64,000 bases of DNA from assembly GCA_963743175.1 (NCBI GenBank), contig CAVUOQ010000004.1:58646-122645 (forward strand). Reading direction: 5' to 3'. Every line of letters begins with the position of its first letter. Within the stretch, counting starts at the first letter, position 1. The DNA is from an uncultured delta proteobacterium. GTDB taxonomy: Bacteria > Desulfobacterota > Syntrophia > Syntrophales > Fen-1087. A program made the translations under genes and the position numbers. Under the pieces are notes generated by a model that was given only the letters and a program-made list of their open reading frames with translations, was not told the DNA's origin and did no database searches. Positions 1-10,398 of the stretch are shown here, in pieces.

Positions 1-1
1 G

Positions 2-214
2 GAACATTTTCAGGCCCGGTCCACGGCGAATTCGCAGCGATTTCCCTTTACCAATCCGCTGTACCGGGGCAAGATCGACTACGGCCGCCATCTGATTCCC
101 CAGGCCGAGGATATCCTGGGACGGACGCTGGTTATGGGGATTTCTGTAAAAATGTCGGAGGAGAGAATGGCCGGCATCAAAGCGGCGATTGAAAAGGCCG
201 CGGAACTAATATGA
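2..214 (+). CDS. 3' end of a DegT/DnrJ/EryC1/StrS-family aminotransferase (possibly KdnA-like), partial
   Basis: Hand translation EHFQARSTANSQRFPFTNPLYRGKIDYGRHLIPQAEDILGRTLVMGISVKMSEERMAGIKAAIEKAAELI* resembles the C-terminus of PLP sugar aminotransferases; lies directly upstream of hldD-kdsB. Confidence 0.5.
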   Translation, partial: EHFQARSTANSQRFPFTNPLYRGKIDYGRHLIPQAEDILGRTLVMGISVKMSEERMAGIKAAIEKAAELI

Positions 215-365
215 AACCGGCGAAAAAGGTTCGCAAGCGGCGAATCAAATGTTTTTCGCATTTGCAGAGATGACGTTAACGGATTGATATGTGTCATGAC
301 GACACAGAAGCATCGGGTCTGCGAAAAAGATTTTTGAGACGCGGCGAAGCCATTTTTCGCCGGTC
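215..365. repeat. Family B inverted-repeat element (MITE-like), copy 1
   Basis: Ends ACCGGCGAAAAAGGTTCGC...GCGAAGCCATTTTTCGCCGGT; both ends match 15067..15217 in inverted orientation. Confidence 0.75.
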
Positions 366-397
366 CTGTAACAATTTCAATCTCAGGAGATGATCCC

Positions 398-1369
398 ATG
401 ATCGTTGTGACCGGCGGGGCCGGGTTCATCGGCAGCGCCTTTGTCTGGAAGCTGAATCAGGAAGGGATTGACGATATCGTCATCGTCGATGACCTCGGCA
501 AGTCGGATAAATGGAAGAATCTGGTCAACCTGCGTTATGCCGACTATATCCACAAAGACGACTTCCTGCGCATGATCTGCGCCGACCAGCTGCCCTTCAA
601 GGTCCGGGCTGTCATCCACATGGGCGCCTGCTCCTCCACGACGGAGCGGGACGCCGATTATCTCTGGACGAACAACTATCTCTATACCTGCCGGGTCGCC
701 GACTGGGCCCTCAAGAATCAAATCCGCTTGATCTACGCCAGCTCGGCGGCCACATACGGCGACGGCTCCCGCGGGTTTTCCGATGACAACGCCCTGATCC
801 CGGCACTGCACCCCATCAATATGTACGGTTACTCCAAGCAGCTCTTCGACCTCTGGGTCCTGAAGCGGGGGCTGGAAAAGCGGATCGCGGGCGTCAAGTT
901 CTTCAACGTCTTCGGCCCCAACGAGTACCACAAGGGGGAGATGCGCAGCGTGGTCCACAAGGCCTTCGGTCAGATCCGGGAAACCGGCCGGGTCCGGCTC
1001 TTCAAGTCCTGCCGGCCGGAGTATGCAGACGGCGGGCAGATGCGGGATTTCGTCTATATCAAGGACTGCGTGGCGGTGCTCTGGTGGCTCCTGGAGCACG
1101 GCGATGTGAACGGGATCTTCAATCTCGGGACTGGTCAGGCGCGGAGCTGGAACGACCTGATCCGTGCCGTTTTTGCCGCCATGAAGCTTGAGACCGACAT
1201 CGAGTACATCGACATGCCGCCGGGACTGGACCGGCAGTATCAGTATTTTACCGAAGCAAAAATGGAAAAGCTCAGATCGACGGGCTGTCCCGTTGCCTTC
1301 CACGCGCTGGAAGATGCCGTCCGGGACTATATCGTGCAGCATATGCAGCAGGAAGATCCTTTCCTATGA
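398..1369 (+). CDS. hldD: ADP-L-glycero-D-manno-heptose 6-epimerase
   Basis: MIVVTGGAGFIGS, HMGACSSTTE, YASSAATYG, YGYSK, FFNVFGPNEYHKGEMRS, RDFVYIKD. Confidence 0.95.
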   Translation: MIVVTGGAGFIGSAFVWKLNQEGIDDIVIVDDLGKSDKWKNLVNLRYADYIHKDDFLRMICADQLPFKVRAVIHMGACSSTTERDADYLWTNNYLYTCRVADWALKNQIRLIYASSAATYGDGSRGFSDDNALIPALHPINMYGYSKQLFDLWVLKRGLEKRIAGVKFFNVFGPNEYHKGEMRSVVHKAFGQIRETGRVRLFKSCRPEYADGGQMRDFVYIKDCVAVLWWLLEHGDVNGIFNLGTGQARSWNDLIRAVFAAMKLETDIEYIDMPPGLDRQYQYFTEAKMEKLRSTGCPVAFHALEDAVRDYIVQHMQQEDPFL

Positions 1370-2106
1370 AGGTCGTCTGTATCATTCCGTCACGCTACGA
1401 ATCCTCAAGGTTTCCCGGGAAGCCCCTGGCGGATCTCTGCGGCAAACCCATGATTCAGCACGTCTACGAACGCGTCCTTAAGGCAAAGACCCTTTCCTAT
1501 GCCGCCGTGGCGACGGATCATGACGAAATTTTCAAGGCGGTTCTGAAGTTCGGCGGCCGGGCCGTCATGACCTCCCCCGATCACCGGTCCGGAACGGACC
1601 GGATTGCCGAGGCCGTCGCCGGCCTCAAGCTTGCGGCCGATGATATCGTGGTCAATATTCAGGGGGATCAGCCGCTGTTCGAACCGTCCCAGATCGACGA
1701 GGTGGTCCGGCCGCTGCTCGCTGATCCGACCGTCCCCATGTCCACGCTGATCTATAAAATCCGGCGGGATGAGGAAATCACGCATCCGAACGCCGTCAAG
1801 GTGGTTTTCGACAGGGACCATTTCGCCGTCTATTTCTCCCGCGCCACCATTCCCTATGTGAGAGATCCGGGACAAATGGTGAACTACTATAAGCATCACG
1901 GCATCTACGCCTATCGGAAAGATTTTCTGGAAAAGTTTACGCGCCTGCCCGAAGGAACGCTGGAGCGACTGGAGGCCCTGGAGCAGTTGCGCGCCATCGA
2001 ACATGGTTATAAAATCAAGGTGGTGGAAACGCCTTATGATTCCATAGAGGTGGATACCTGCGAGGAACTCGCGCGGGTAGCCCGGATTATCGAAGGAAGG
2101 GAGTAA
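1366..2106 (+). CDS. kdsB: 3-deoxy-manno-octulosonate cytidylyltransferase
   Basis: IIPSRYESSRFPGKPLADLCGKPMIQHV, SGTDRIAE, NIQGDQP, YFSR, HHGIYAY, LEALEQLRAIE. Confidence 0.95.
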   Translation: MKVVCIIPSRYESSRFPGKPLADLCGKPMIQHVYERVLKAKTLSYAAVATDHDEIFKAVLKFGGRAVMTSPDHRSGTDRIAEAVAGLKLAADDIVVNIQGDQPLFEPSQIDEVVRPLLADPTVPMSTLIYKIRRDEEITHPNAVKVVFDRDHFAVYFSRATIPYVRDPGQMVNYYKHHGIYAYRKDFLEKFTRLPEGTLERLEALEQLRAIEHGYKIKVVETPYDSIEVDTCEELARVARIIEGRE

Positions 2107-2115
2107 GTATCAAGC

Positions 2116-3051
2116 ATGGTTGACATTGAATATCTGGAGAACATCCATCTGGTTACCGACCCGCTGGGCCAGATGCTGATGGGCCACCTGTTTTTGGGTC
2201 CGAACTTCAATATTATTTCCAAGGTCGATATCCGGATCGAGAATGCGGAGCGGATCCCGCGCGGCGAAAATGTGATTTTTGCCATGAACCACACCGACCG
2301 TTTCAACTACTGGCCTTTCCAGTACAAGATGTGGCGCATGAAGGACCTGCCCTGGACGACGGTCTGGGTCAAAGGCAAATATTACCGCAACCGCCTTTTG
2401 GCCAAAGGCCTGGACTGGTGCAACCTGATCCCCGTTCCCTCCATGGGATACCTGATCGAGGAGTTCTTCATGAAAAAGGCCCGGCGGCGGATCGCCACAG
2501 ACGAGTACCGCGTGATACGAGACGTCCTTGATGGGAAATATGCTGCCAACGAACCTGTCCCCGAGTCGGCCGTGGAGACCATGCGGTTACTGGGAGAAAA
2601 CTTTGTCGAATATATCAGGGATTATTATGAGGCGGTGATGGAGCGAGTCGCTGCCCTGAGCCGTTACGCCCTGCTCGAAAAGAATCTCAATATAATCATT
2701 TTCCCGGAAGGAACACGGTCAACGCAATTGGGCGAGGGAAGAACCGGCACGGCCCAGCTGGCGCTGCATACCAGGGTCAAAGTCGTGCCCGTGGGCTGCA
2801 ATAACTCGGATCAGCTTTATCCGGGTTCGAGTCCGGTCGCCAAAAGCGGTCAGATCATCTACCGGATCGGAGAGCCCCTGTGTATCGATAACCAGTTTAA
2901 AGAATTCAGGATACCTGAAAAATTCAAGCTGCTTTCGAAGGAGTCGCAACTCCAATACAAGGACCAGTTTGAAGGTGCAACCCGGTTGATCATGCTCAGC
3001 ATCGGTGCCTTGCTGGATGAAAAATACCGCCGGGCCTTCAGCGGATCCTGA
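2116..3051 (+). CDS. Lysophospholipid/PlsC-family acyltransferase
   Basis: IFAMNHTDRFN, IIIFPEGTRS and VVPVG blocks. Confidence 0.8.
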   Translation: MVDIEYLENIHLVTDPLGQMLMGHLFLGPNFNIISKVDIRIENAERIPRGENVIFAMNHTDRFNYWPFQYKMWRMKDLPWTTVWVKGKYYRNRLLAKGLDWCNLIPVPSMGYLIEEFFMKKARRRIATDEYRVIRDVLDGKYAANEPVPESAVETMRLLGENFVEYIRDYYEAVMERVAALSRYALLEKNLNIIIFPEGTRSTQLGEGRTGTAQLALHTRVKVVPVGCNNSDQLYPGSSPVAKSGQIIYRIGEPLCIDNQFKEFRIPEKFKLLSKESQLQYKDQFEGATRLIMLSIGALLDEKYRRAFSGS

Positions 3052-3061
3052 AAATGTCCGT

Positions 3062-3487
3062 TTAGCCCGTCTTATCCTTGAAGAAGAACTCCACAACCTT
3101 GCCGTCTTCGGGTTGTCCGGCCGGTTTGTTCTCGTCCTGCTCGAAACGGTCCGCCTGAATCATGGATGATTGCCCGTGGAAGATTGCCCCCTCCGCAATG
3201 GACAGCCGGCTCGTGAAAATATCCCCGATCACCTGCGCGACGGCTCTGAGCTCAACCCGTTGATTCCCTTTCAGGCAACCGTCAATCTTCCCGCCTACGA
3301 TTATATTATTGGCATCAATATCGCCCTTTACGTATGCCCTTTCGCCGAGGATGACCTTTTCTCCCGTGATGTGACCGATAACCGTCCCGTCGACGATGAT
3401 CGTTCCGAGTGCCTCAATGTCGCCGGTGATTTTTGAGCCTTCCCCGAGGACCAGCTTCAGTCTGTCCGCTTTTCTGTTAAACATCAA
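3062..3487 (-). CDS. Bactofilin (polymer-forming cytoskeletal protein)
   Basis: Beta-helix repeats GSKITGDI / IVDGTVIGHI / AYVKGDI / IAEGAIFHG; downstream of M23 gene. Confidence 0.9.
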   Translation of the reverse strand: MMFNRKADRLKLVLGEGSKITGDIEALGTIIVDGTVIGHITGEKVILGERAYVKGDIDANNIIVGGKIDGCLKGNQRVELRAVAQVIGDIFTSRLSIAEGAIFHGQSSMIQADRFEQDENKPAGQPEDGKVVEFFFKDKTG

Positions 3488-4347
3488 GACCTCCCCTGAA
3501 TGAATTTCTTTGGATTGACAGCCCGGTCATCCTTCCAGATCTCATAATGCACATGGCTGCCCGTCGCATTACCGGTGGCGCCGGCATAACCGATGAGTTC
3601 GCCTCTTTTGACCCGCTGTCCGACCTGGACGGCATTCCTCTGATTATGGGCATAATAAGTCGAATACCCGTGGCCGTGTTCGACAACGATTACATTACCC
3701 CCGCCGCTGTTCCAGCCGGAAAAACTCACAATGCCGTCCGCCGTCGCCAGAATGGGGGTCCCTTGAGGGATGGAGAGATCGAGGCCCCGATGGAATTCCC
3801 CACGGCCGCTGATCGGGTTGACACGGTTGCCGTAGGCGGAAGAGATGCTTCCCGGCACGGGCAGCCCCTTGGGCGTGGCCATGTAGATGTCTTTCTGGGA
3901 ATGCAGATAATCCTGGATGGCGCCGATCGTCTGCATCGACAGGGCGATCTGCTGCTGTATCTGCTGAATGTCGACGGTTCCCATATCTGCCGCCCTCATG
4001 TCCGTTGGTTCGACATTTTCAAGAATCTTTTCACGGGAACCCAGAGACAGCAGCCGGTAAAGGTCCTTTTCCGCCTTTTTCAAGGACGTCAGGGTGGCAT
4101 TGAAGTCGGAAACTTTTGCTGAGTAATCCTGAAGCTGTCTCTCCATGCCCCGGTATTTGATGATGTCAAGCGTCGCCAGGGCCAGGTAAACTGCGCCACA
4201 ACCACACAGGATACCAAAAAGAAATACGCAGATGGCGGGAATACTCAGATGGAGGGATTTCGCGGTATTATGATGGGGGATGAACATGATCGTCACCGGT
4301 GCAAGCGCCCGCTTGACGATCGTTTTGATTGTCTGCATCTTGATCAT
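3484..4347 (-). CDS. M23 family metallopeptidase
   Basis: N-terminal TM segment and coiled coil, FHRGLDL and HVHYEI zinc motifs; ATG at 4347 follows GGAGG. Confidence 0.9.
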   Translation of the reverse strand: MIKMQTIKTIVKRALAPVTIMFIPHHNTAKSLHLSIPAICVFLFGILCGCGAVYLALATLDIIKYRGMERQLQDYSAKVSDFNATLTSLKKAEKDLYRLLSLGSREKILENVEPTDMRAADMGTVDIQQIQQQIALSMQTIGAIQDYLHSQKDIYMATPKGLPVPGSISSAYGNRVNPISGRGEFHRGLDLSIPQGTPILATADGIVSFSGWNSGGGNVIVVEHGHGYSTYYAHNQRNAVQVGQRVKRGELIGYAGATGNATGSHVHYEIWKDDRAVNPKKFIQGRS

Positions 4348-4753
4348 GCGTACCTCCTGCCGAAACATAGGTGCAACCATGTAAGAAAGCTTCAGGACAT
4401 TCAGCAGAGATCAACCGGCAAATCAGGCGAACCAGGGAGAGGCCATCAACAGAGCGGTTGCAGAAACATAACAATCCGAAGCCACACGGTGAAACAACAC
4501 GACGTTCCCCCAAGATTCCAAATGGGGGTTGTCTGCTCCAATCAACGTGTAATCAATTATACCAGGCTAAGCGTGCGAAAGATGGTTTCCGGATACGTAC
4601 TTGCAAAGAGCGGGGGTCTTATGCCACAAGAAAATACAAAATGCAAGCACAAAAATGCACTTTTTGTAATTTCATCTGCTTTATCAAGTACTTATAAATG
4701 AAAACCTGCGGGAATTCGGGGAGGATTCGCAGCGTGCAGACCGGCAGTGCGTT

Positions 4754-4802
4754 CCCTCCCTGTATCCCTCCCCCTTGATGGGGGAGGGAAGGGTGGCGGT
4801 GA
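4754..4802. repeat. REP-like palindrome (family C)
   Basis: CCCTCCCCCTTGATGGGGGAGGG hairpin; near-identical context at 8458..8509. Confidence 0.75.
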
Positions 4803-4830
4803 TTTTCATATGAACTTCGGCGTTCGTCCA

Positions 4831-6491
4831 TCAGTCCTTAAAGACCGCTCCCGTGCTGGCAGAGGTGACCAGCCGGGCGTAACGGGCCAGATAGCCGCTC
4901 CGGATCACCGGCGGCCTGGGTTTAAATGCCTTCCGGCGCTTTTTCATTTCTTCGGGGCTGATTTTGAGGGTGATCTTCTTGCCGGGAATGTCAATAGCAA
5001 TCGTATCGCCTTCCTTGATGAGACCGATCGGACCGCCTTCGGCTGCCTCCGGTGAAATGTGTCCGATGGCCGCACCCCGGGTGCCGCCGCTGAACCGGCC
5101 GTCCGTCAGCAGGGAAACCGTCGTGTCCAGTCCCATCCCGGCAATGACCGATGTCGGGGCCAGCATCTCGCGCATGCCCGGCCCGCCCTTGGGGCCTTCA
5201 TAGCGGATGACCACGATGTTACCGGGCTTGATCTTCCCGCCCAGAATCGCGGCAATGGCGTCATCTTCGGAGTCGAAGACGCGCGCCTTTCCTTCGTTGA
5301 CAAGCATCTTTTCGGCAACGGCCGACTGTTTGACCACCGCCCCGTCCGGCGCCAGATTTCCTCGCAGGATGGCGATGCCGCCCTCTTTGGTGTAAGGATT
5401 CCCGAGGGGACGGATGACCTCATCGTCCAGGATACTCGCCGATTTGAGATTTTCACCCACTGTTTTGCCCGTCACGGTCAATACCTTCTGATCAATGACG
5501 CCCAACGGGCTGATGCGCTTCATGACAGCCTGGATGCCGCCCGCCGCGTCGAGGTCCTCAATGTGATGGGTGCCTGCCGGGGACAGTTTGCAGACGTTGG
5601 GGGTTTTCTTGCTGATCTCGTTGAACAGGTCGAGATCCAGTCTGATTTGTGCCTCATGGGCAATGGCCGGAATGTGAAGCACCGTATTGGTGGAGCAGCC
5701 CAGTGCCATATCCACGGCAATGGCATTCTTGAAGGCCGCCAGCGTGGCAATATCCCTGGGTTTGATTGCTTTTTTCAGAAGCTCCATGATTTTTTCACCG
5801 GCCTCTTTGGCCAGACGCCGCCGGGCCGCGTGCACGGCCGGAATGGTGCCGTTGCCCGGCAGACCGAGCCCCAGCGCCTCGGTGACGCAGTTCATGGAAT
5901 TGGCCGTGTACATGCCGGAACAGGAGCCGCAGCCCGGACAGGCGCAATCCTCCAGAGCCTTGAGTTCCTTCTGGGACATTTTGCCGACCTTGACCTTTCC
6001 GACGCCCTCGAAGACGGTGATCAGGTCGACCGCCTTGCCTCGCAGCTTTCCGGCCAGCATGGGGCCGCCGCTCACGAAGATCGTCGGGATGTTCAGCCGC
6101 AACGCCGCCATGAGCATCCCCGGAATGATCTTGTCGCAGTTGGGAATCATGACGAGCGCGTCGAAGGGATGGGCCATGACCATCACCTCGACGGAATCGG
6201 CGATCAGCTCGCGGCTGGCCAGGGAATATTTCATGCCGGTATGGCCCATGGCGATGCCGTCGCAGACCCCGATGGCGGGAAATTCGATCGGCGTCCCGCC
6301 GGCCATGCGGATCCCGGCCTTGACGTCCTGGGCGATGATATCCAGGTGGATATGGCCGGGAATGATCTCATTGGCGGAATTCACCACGCCGATCAGGGGC
6401 CGGGCGATTTCCCGTCGGTATAGCCCATCGCCTTGAACAGGGAACGATGGGGTGCCCGCTCAAAACCTTTCTTCATCAAGTCGCTTCTCAT
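4831..6491 (-). CDS. ilvD: Dihydroxy-acid dehydratase (one apparent frameshift near 6412)
   Basis: [38 protein letters not shown]; the N-terminus [26 protein letters not shown] starts at 6491 in another frame. Confidence 0.93.
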
Positions 6492-6541
6492 GCTTTCACC
6501 TCCCTATTTCTTGATGGACTCGTAATAAACCTTGAATTCGG

Positions 6542-6668
6542 GACGACCTCGTAAAAAGTTCCGCAGGCAAGGCGCGCCAATCCTGAGGAATGAGGCGTAC
6601 TTTAGCGTACGCCGCAATGACGAAGGATGCAGCGCAACGCAGCATCCGGACTTTTTTCGAGGTCGTCA
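6542..6668. repeat. Family A MITE-like element with ~18-bp terminal inverted repeats
   Basis: GACGACCTCGTAAAAAGT...ACTTTTTTCGAGGTCGTCA; internal hairpins; terminal TCA is the ilvC stop codon. Confidence 0.8.
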
Positions 6669-7712
6669 CTTCTTCCGACGTTCCGGTCGCAAGGAGCGGA
6701 CGGCGGCGCCGGCCTGCCACATTTCGCTGTTTTTGATGACGTCGAGTTCGACCTGGAGTTTTTCCCGGTAATCCGGCGCGCTGTTGACCCGCAGGACGAT
6801 TTCCGTTTCCTTGCCGGTCGCGACCCGGTCATAGAGTTCCGTAAAGACCGGGGCCACCGCGTCGCGAAACCGGTTCTTCCAGTCCAGGGCACCGCGCTGG
6901 GCGGTGGTGCTGCAGTTGGCGTACATCCAGTCCATGCCGTTCTGGGCGACCAGAGGCATCAGGCTCTGGGTCAGTTCCTCCACGGTCTCGTTGAAGGCCT
7001 CGCTGGGGCTGTGGCCGTGCTTGCGCAGCTCGTTGTACTGGGCCTCCAGGACGCCGGCCAGGCACCCCATGAGCACGCCCCGCTCTCCCGTCAGATCGCT
7101 GTAGACTTCTTTTTCGAAGGTGGTGGGGAACAGATACCCCGACCCGATGGCGAGGCCCACGGCCAGCGTCCGTTCCAGGGCCCTGCCGGTATAATTCTGG
7201 AAAACGGCATAGCTGGAGTTGATGCCGCTGCCGTCCAGGAAATTGTCGCGCACCGTGCGTCCCGCACCCTTTGGGGCAACCAGGATCACGTCAATGTTCG
7301 GCGGAGGAATCACGCCGGTCTGTTCCTTGTAGACGATGGAAAATCCGTGGGAGAAATAAAGCGCCTTGCCCTTCGTCAGGGTGGACTTCAACTCCGCCCA
7401 CATGGCTTTCTGGCCCGCATCGGACTGGAGATACTGGATGATCGTTCCGCGCCGGGCCGCCTCCATGGGTGGAAACAGCGTTTCACCGGGAATAAATCCC
7501 TCATCAATGGCCTTCTGCCAGTTATAGTCCCCTTCCCCCACAATCACATGGATGCCGTTGTCTTTCATGTTCAGGGCCTGGCCCCGGCCCTGGACGCCGT
7601 AGCCGATAACGGCCACGATTTCATCCTTCAAGATTTTACGGGCTTTCTCAAGCGTAAACTCCTCGGACGTAATGACCTCCTCCATGATTCCGCCGATATT
7701 GATCTGTGACAT
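6666..7712 (-). CDS. ilvC: Ketol-acid reductoisomerase
   Basis: VAVIGYGVQGRGQALN, FSHGFSI, VAPKGAG, SDLTGERGVLMG. Confidence 0.95.
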   Translation of the reverse strand: MSQINIGGIMEEVITSEEFTLEKARKILKDEIVAVIGYGVQGRGQALNMKDNGIHVIVGEGDYNWQKAIDEGFIPGETLFPPMEAARRGTIIQYLQSDAGQKAMWAELKSTLTKGKALYFSHGFSIVYKEQTGVIPPPNIDVILVAPKGAGRTVRDNFLDGSGINSSYAVFQNYTGRALERTLAVGLAIGSGYLFPTTFEKEVYSDLTGERGVLMGCLAGVLEAQYNELRKHGHSPSEAFNETVEELTQSLMPLVAQNGMDWMYANCSTTAQRGALDWKNRFRDAVAPVFTELYDRVATGKETEIVLRVNSAPDYREKLQVELDVIKNSEMWQAGAAVRSLRPERRKK

Positions 7713-7770
7713 GATCTCCCCTCCTTAAATTTATAATCGTCCATCATAAAAAAATCCACCCTGATAACTT

Positions 7771-7926
7771 TGATGCCTTCGTCAAAAGTCTGTTTTTCCC
7801 CTCCCCTGGCGGGAGGGGATGAAGGGGAGGGAGAAAAGACATGATCGAATCCAACCATTTGCCACCCCCACCCGAACCCTCCCCCGTCGAGGGGGAGGGT
7901 TTTATTGACTTCCGACGGGTGAATCA
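7771..7926. repeat. Composite element: family A-type TIRs enclosing two family C REP hairpins
   Basis: TGATGCCTTCGTCAAAAGTC...GACTTCCGACGGGTGAATCA with CCCTCCCCTGGCGGGAGGGG and CCCTCCCCCGTCGAGGGGGAGGG inside; terminal TCA is the ilvN stop. Confidence 0.7.
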
Positions 7927-8418
7927 ATACTTACGTTCCAGCGCCGCCGCTCCGGTCCTGGCGATATCATCAATACCCAACGGTTTGAGCGCGACCAGCA
8001 CCCTGTCAACATCCTCCCGGCCGCCCGTGAACTGCAGGACACAGTGGTCTGTGTTGAAGGTCAGGATCTTGCAGTTCAGCATATCGATGATTTTCATCAG
8101 TTCCGGTTTTGTCTCCTTCATCAGATTCATCCGGATCAGAATCATCTCCCGCTTGATCGCTTCGACCTCCGAGAGATTGTCAACCTTGACGACATCCACC
8201 AGCTTGTTCAAGGCGTCGATAATCCTCCCGATCATGATTTTAGTGGCTCTGGTCGCCAGGATGATTTTCGAAATGTCCGGATTCATTGTAACATCTACGC
8301 ACAGGCTGTCGATGTTGTAACCTTTCCCGCCGAGTGTGCCGGCAATCCGGGCCAGCACATCGGGCCTGTTGTTCACCAACATGGAAAGAATGTATTCTTT
8401 TTTTTCCGCTTTTTCCAT
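7924..8418 (-). CDS. ilvN: Acetolactate synthase small subunit
   Basis: ACT domain LVNNRPDVLARIAG..GYNIDSL, LNKLVDVVKV, IARTGAAAL. Confidence 0.92.
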   Translation of the reverse strand: MEKAEKKEYILSMLVNNRPDVLARIAGTLGGKGYNIDSLCVDVTMNPDISKIILATRATKIMIGRIIDALNKLVDVVKVDNLSEVEAIKREMILIRMNLMKETKPELMKIIDMLNCKILTFNTDHCVLQFTGGREDVDRVLVALKPLGIDDIARTGAAALERKY

Positions 8419-8457
8419 GGCTTTTGTACCTTTCTTTAATAGATTTATATGAAAATG

Positions 8458-8509
8458 CCCCCCTCCCTTTATCCCTCCCCCTTGATGGGGGAGGGAGGGG
8501 TGGGGGTGA
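8458..8509. repeat. REP-like palindrome (family C)
   Basis: CCCTCCCCCTTGATGGGGGAGGG, same as 4754..4802. Confidence 0.75.
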
Positions 8510-8545
8510 TTTTATGCTTCGTTGTGACTGACACGGGCATGAGTG

Positions 8546-10249
8546 TTAGTTGATCATTTCCCTCGTTCCCAGCGTCATCTCGCAGATGGAACCGCCCGGG
8601 CGGACCATCGGATAGACGCACTCTTCGCGGGCGACCTGAAATTCCATCAGGACCGGTTTGGGCATGAACAGGCCTTTCTTGAGCATCGGTTCCACCTCTT
8701 CGGGCCGGGTCGCCCGCAGACCCACAAAACCATAGGCCTCCGCCACCTTCACAAAATCGGGGGTGACCATCATCTCCGTATGTGAATATCTCTTTTCATA
8801 GAACAGCTCCTGCCACTGGCGCACCATCCCGAGGTAGTTGTTGTTCAACAGCACGATTTTCACCGGCAGATTATACTGGACGGCCGTGGCCATTTCCTGA
8901 ATGTTCATCTGGATGCTGCCGTCTCCGGCGATATCCACGACCAGCGCGTCCGGAAAGGCGCACTGCACGCCGATGGCGGCCGGAAAGCCATATCCCATGG
9001 TGCCCAGTCCGCCCGATGAGATAAAGGTATGGGGATTATCGTACTGGTAGAACTGGGCCGCCCACATCTGATTCTGTCCGACTTCCGTCGTGATGATGGC
9101 CTTGCCTCGCGTCAGCTCAAAGAGTTTTTCGACGACAAACTGCGGTTTGATGATCTGGCCGTTCTGGCAGTAGGTCAGAGGCACCTCCTTTTTCCATGCG
9201 TCGATCTGGTCGAGCCATGCCTGCCGCTCGGCTTCGTTGCGATCAAACCGCTGTTCCGCCAGCATGTGGTTGATCTGCTGCAGGGCGGTTTTGATATCAC
9301 TGACGATCGGCAGGTCAACCACCACGTTTTTGTTGATGGACGACGGATCCACATCGATGTGAATGATCTTGGCCTTGTCCGCAAAGGTCTCGATTTTGCC
9401 GGTCACCCGGTCGGAGAACCGGGCCCCCATCGTGATGAGGAGATCGCAGTGGCTGATGGCCATGTTGGCGTAATAGGTGCCGTGCATGCCCAGCATGCCG
9501 AGCCACAGGGGGTGTGTCCCGGGAAAGCCGCTCAGCCCCATCAGGGTCGAAGTGACGGGAATGCGTGTTTTTTCGATAAAGGCCCGCAGTTCTTCTGTGG
9601 CCTTGCCCAGCAGAACCCCGCCGCCGATCAGGACCACCGGATTTCTGGCTTCCCTGAGGAGTTCCATCGCCTGGAGATATTTTTTCGACGAGGCCTTATG
9701 CAGGGGTTGGTCGGTCTTGATGACGATGGTGGAGGGATCATAATCCGTTGTTGAGGCCATGACATTTTTCGGCAAATCCACGAGTACCGGCCCGGGGCGC
9801 CCTGTCCGGGCGATGTGGAAGGCCTCCTTGATCGTCGGGGCCAGATCCTCAACGTTCCGGACCAGAAAATTATGCTTGGTGCAGGGCCGCGTGATTCCGG
9901 TGATATCGCTTTCCTGGAAGGCGTCGTTGCCGATCAGCGTGGTCGGCACCTGCCCTGTGAAAACGACGATCGGAATCGAGTCGGAATGGGCCGTGGCGAT
10001 GCCGGTGACGGTATTCGTCGCCCCCGGGCCGGAGGTCACGAGCGCCACCCCCACCTTGCCGGACGCCCGGGCATAGCCGTCCGCGGCGTGCACCGCCCCC
10101 TGTTCATGGCGAACCAGAATGTGCCTGATATCGCTGCGGTAAAGTTCATCATAGATATCGATAACGGAACCGCCTGGATAGCCAAAAATGGTGTCCACCT
10201 TTTCTTCTTTGAGCATCTGTAGTAATATTTGTGTTCCTTTGAGCTTCAC
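8546..10249 (-). CDS. ilvB: Acetolactate synthase large subunit
   Basis: FGYPGG, RHEQGAVHAADGYAR, TSGPGATN, GDGSIQMNIQE TPP motif, LGMVRQWQE. Confidence 0.95.
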   Translation of the reverse strand: MKLKGTQILLQMLKEEKVDTIFGYPGGSVIDIYDELYRSDIRHILVRHEQGAVHAADGYARASGKVGVALVTSGPGATNTVTGIATAHSDSIPIVVFTGQVPTTLIGNDAFQESDITGITRPCTKHNFLVRNVEDLAPTIKEAFHIARTGRPGPVLVDLPKNVMASTTDYDPSTIVIKTDQPLHKASSKKYLQAMELLREARNPVVLIGGGVLLGKATEELRAFIEKTRIPVTSTLMGLSGFPGTHPLWLGMLGMHGTYYANMAISHCDLLITMGARFSDRVTGKIETFADKAKIIHIDVDPSSINKNVVVDLPIVSDIKTALQQINHMLAEQRFDRNEAERQAWLDQIDAWKKEVPLTYCQNGQIIKPQFVVEKLFELTRGKAIITTEVGQNQMWAAQFYQYDNPHTFISSGGLGTMGYGFPAAIGVQCAFPDALVVDIAGDGSIQMNIQEMATAVQYNLPVKIVLLNNNYLGMVRQWQELFYEKRYSHTEMMVTPDFVKVAEAYGFVGLRATRPEEVEPMLKKGLFMPKPVLMEFQVAREECVYPMVRPGGSICEMTLGTREMIN

Positions 10250-10302
10250 TGCTTTATCCTCCTGTTCTGTCTTGAAATGTCATCTTTTCCCGGCCGGAAA
10301 AT

Positions 10303-10336
10303 AAAAAAGCCGCCATTTCCCGGAAATGCGGCTTTT
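10303..10336 (-). terminator. Second intrinsic terminator hairpin in ilv leader
   Basis: Minus strand AAAAGCCGCATTTCCGGGAAATGGCGGCTTTTTT. Confidence 0.7.
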
Positions 10337-10343
10337 AAATACG

Positions 10344-10379
10344 AAAAAAGCCGCGGCCTGTGCTGGGGTCCGCGGCTTT
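10344..10379 (-). terminator. Attenuator terminator of ilv leader
   Basis: Minus strand AAAGCCGCGG-loop-CCGCGGCTTTTTT, about 20 nt after the leader-peptide stop. Confidence 0.8.
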
Positions 10380-10398
10380 CAGTTTCTATGTCTGGGCA

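Noticed and set aside
4350-4750. Long region upstream of M23/bactofilin as a riboswitch or ncRNA (GGCAAA..GCGAA resemblance to c-di-GMP-I)
   Set aside because: The resemblance is partial and on the wrong strand; no consensus could be completed by eye
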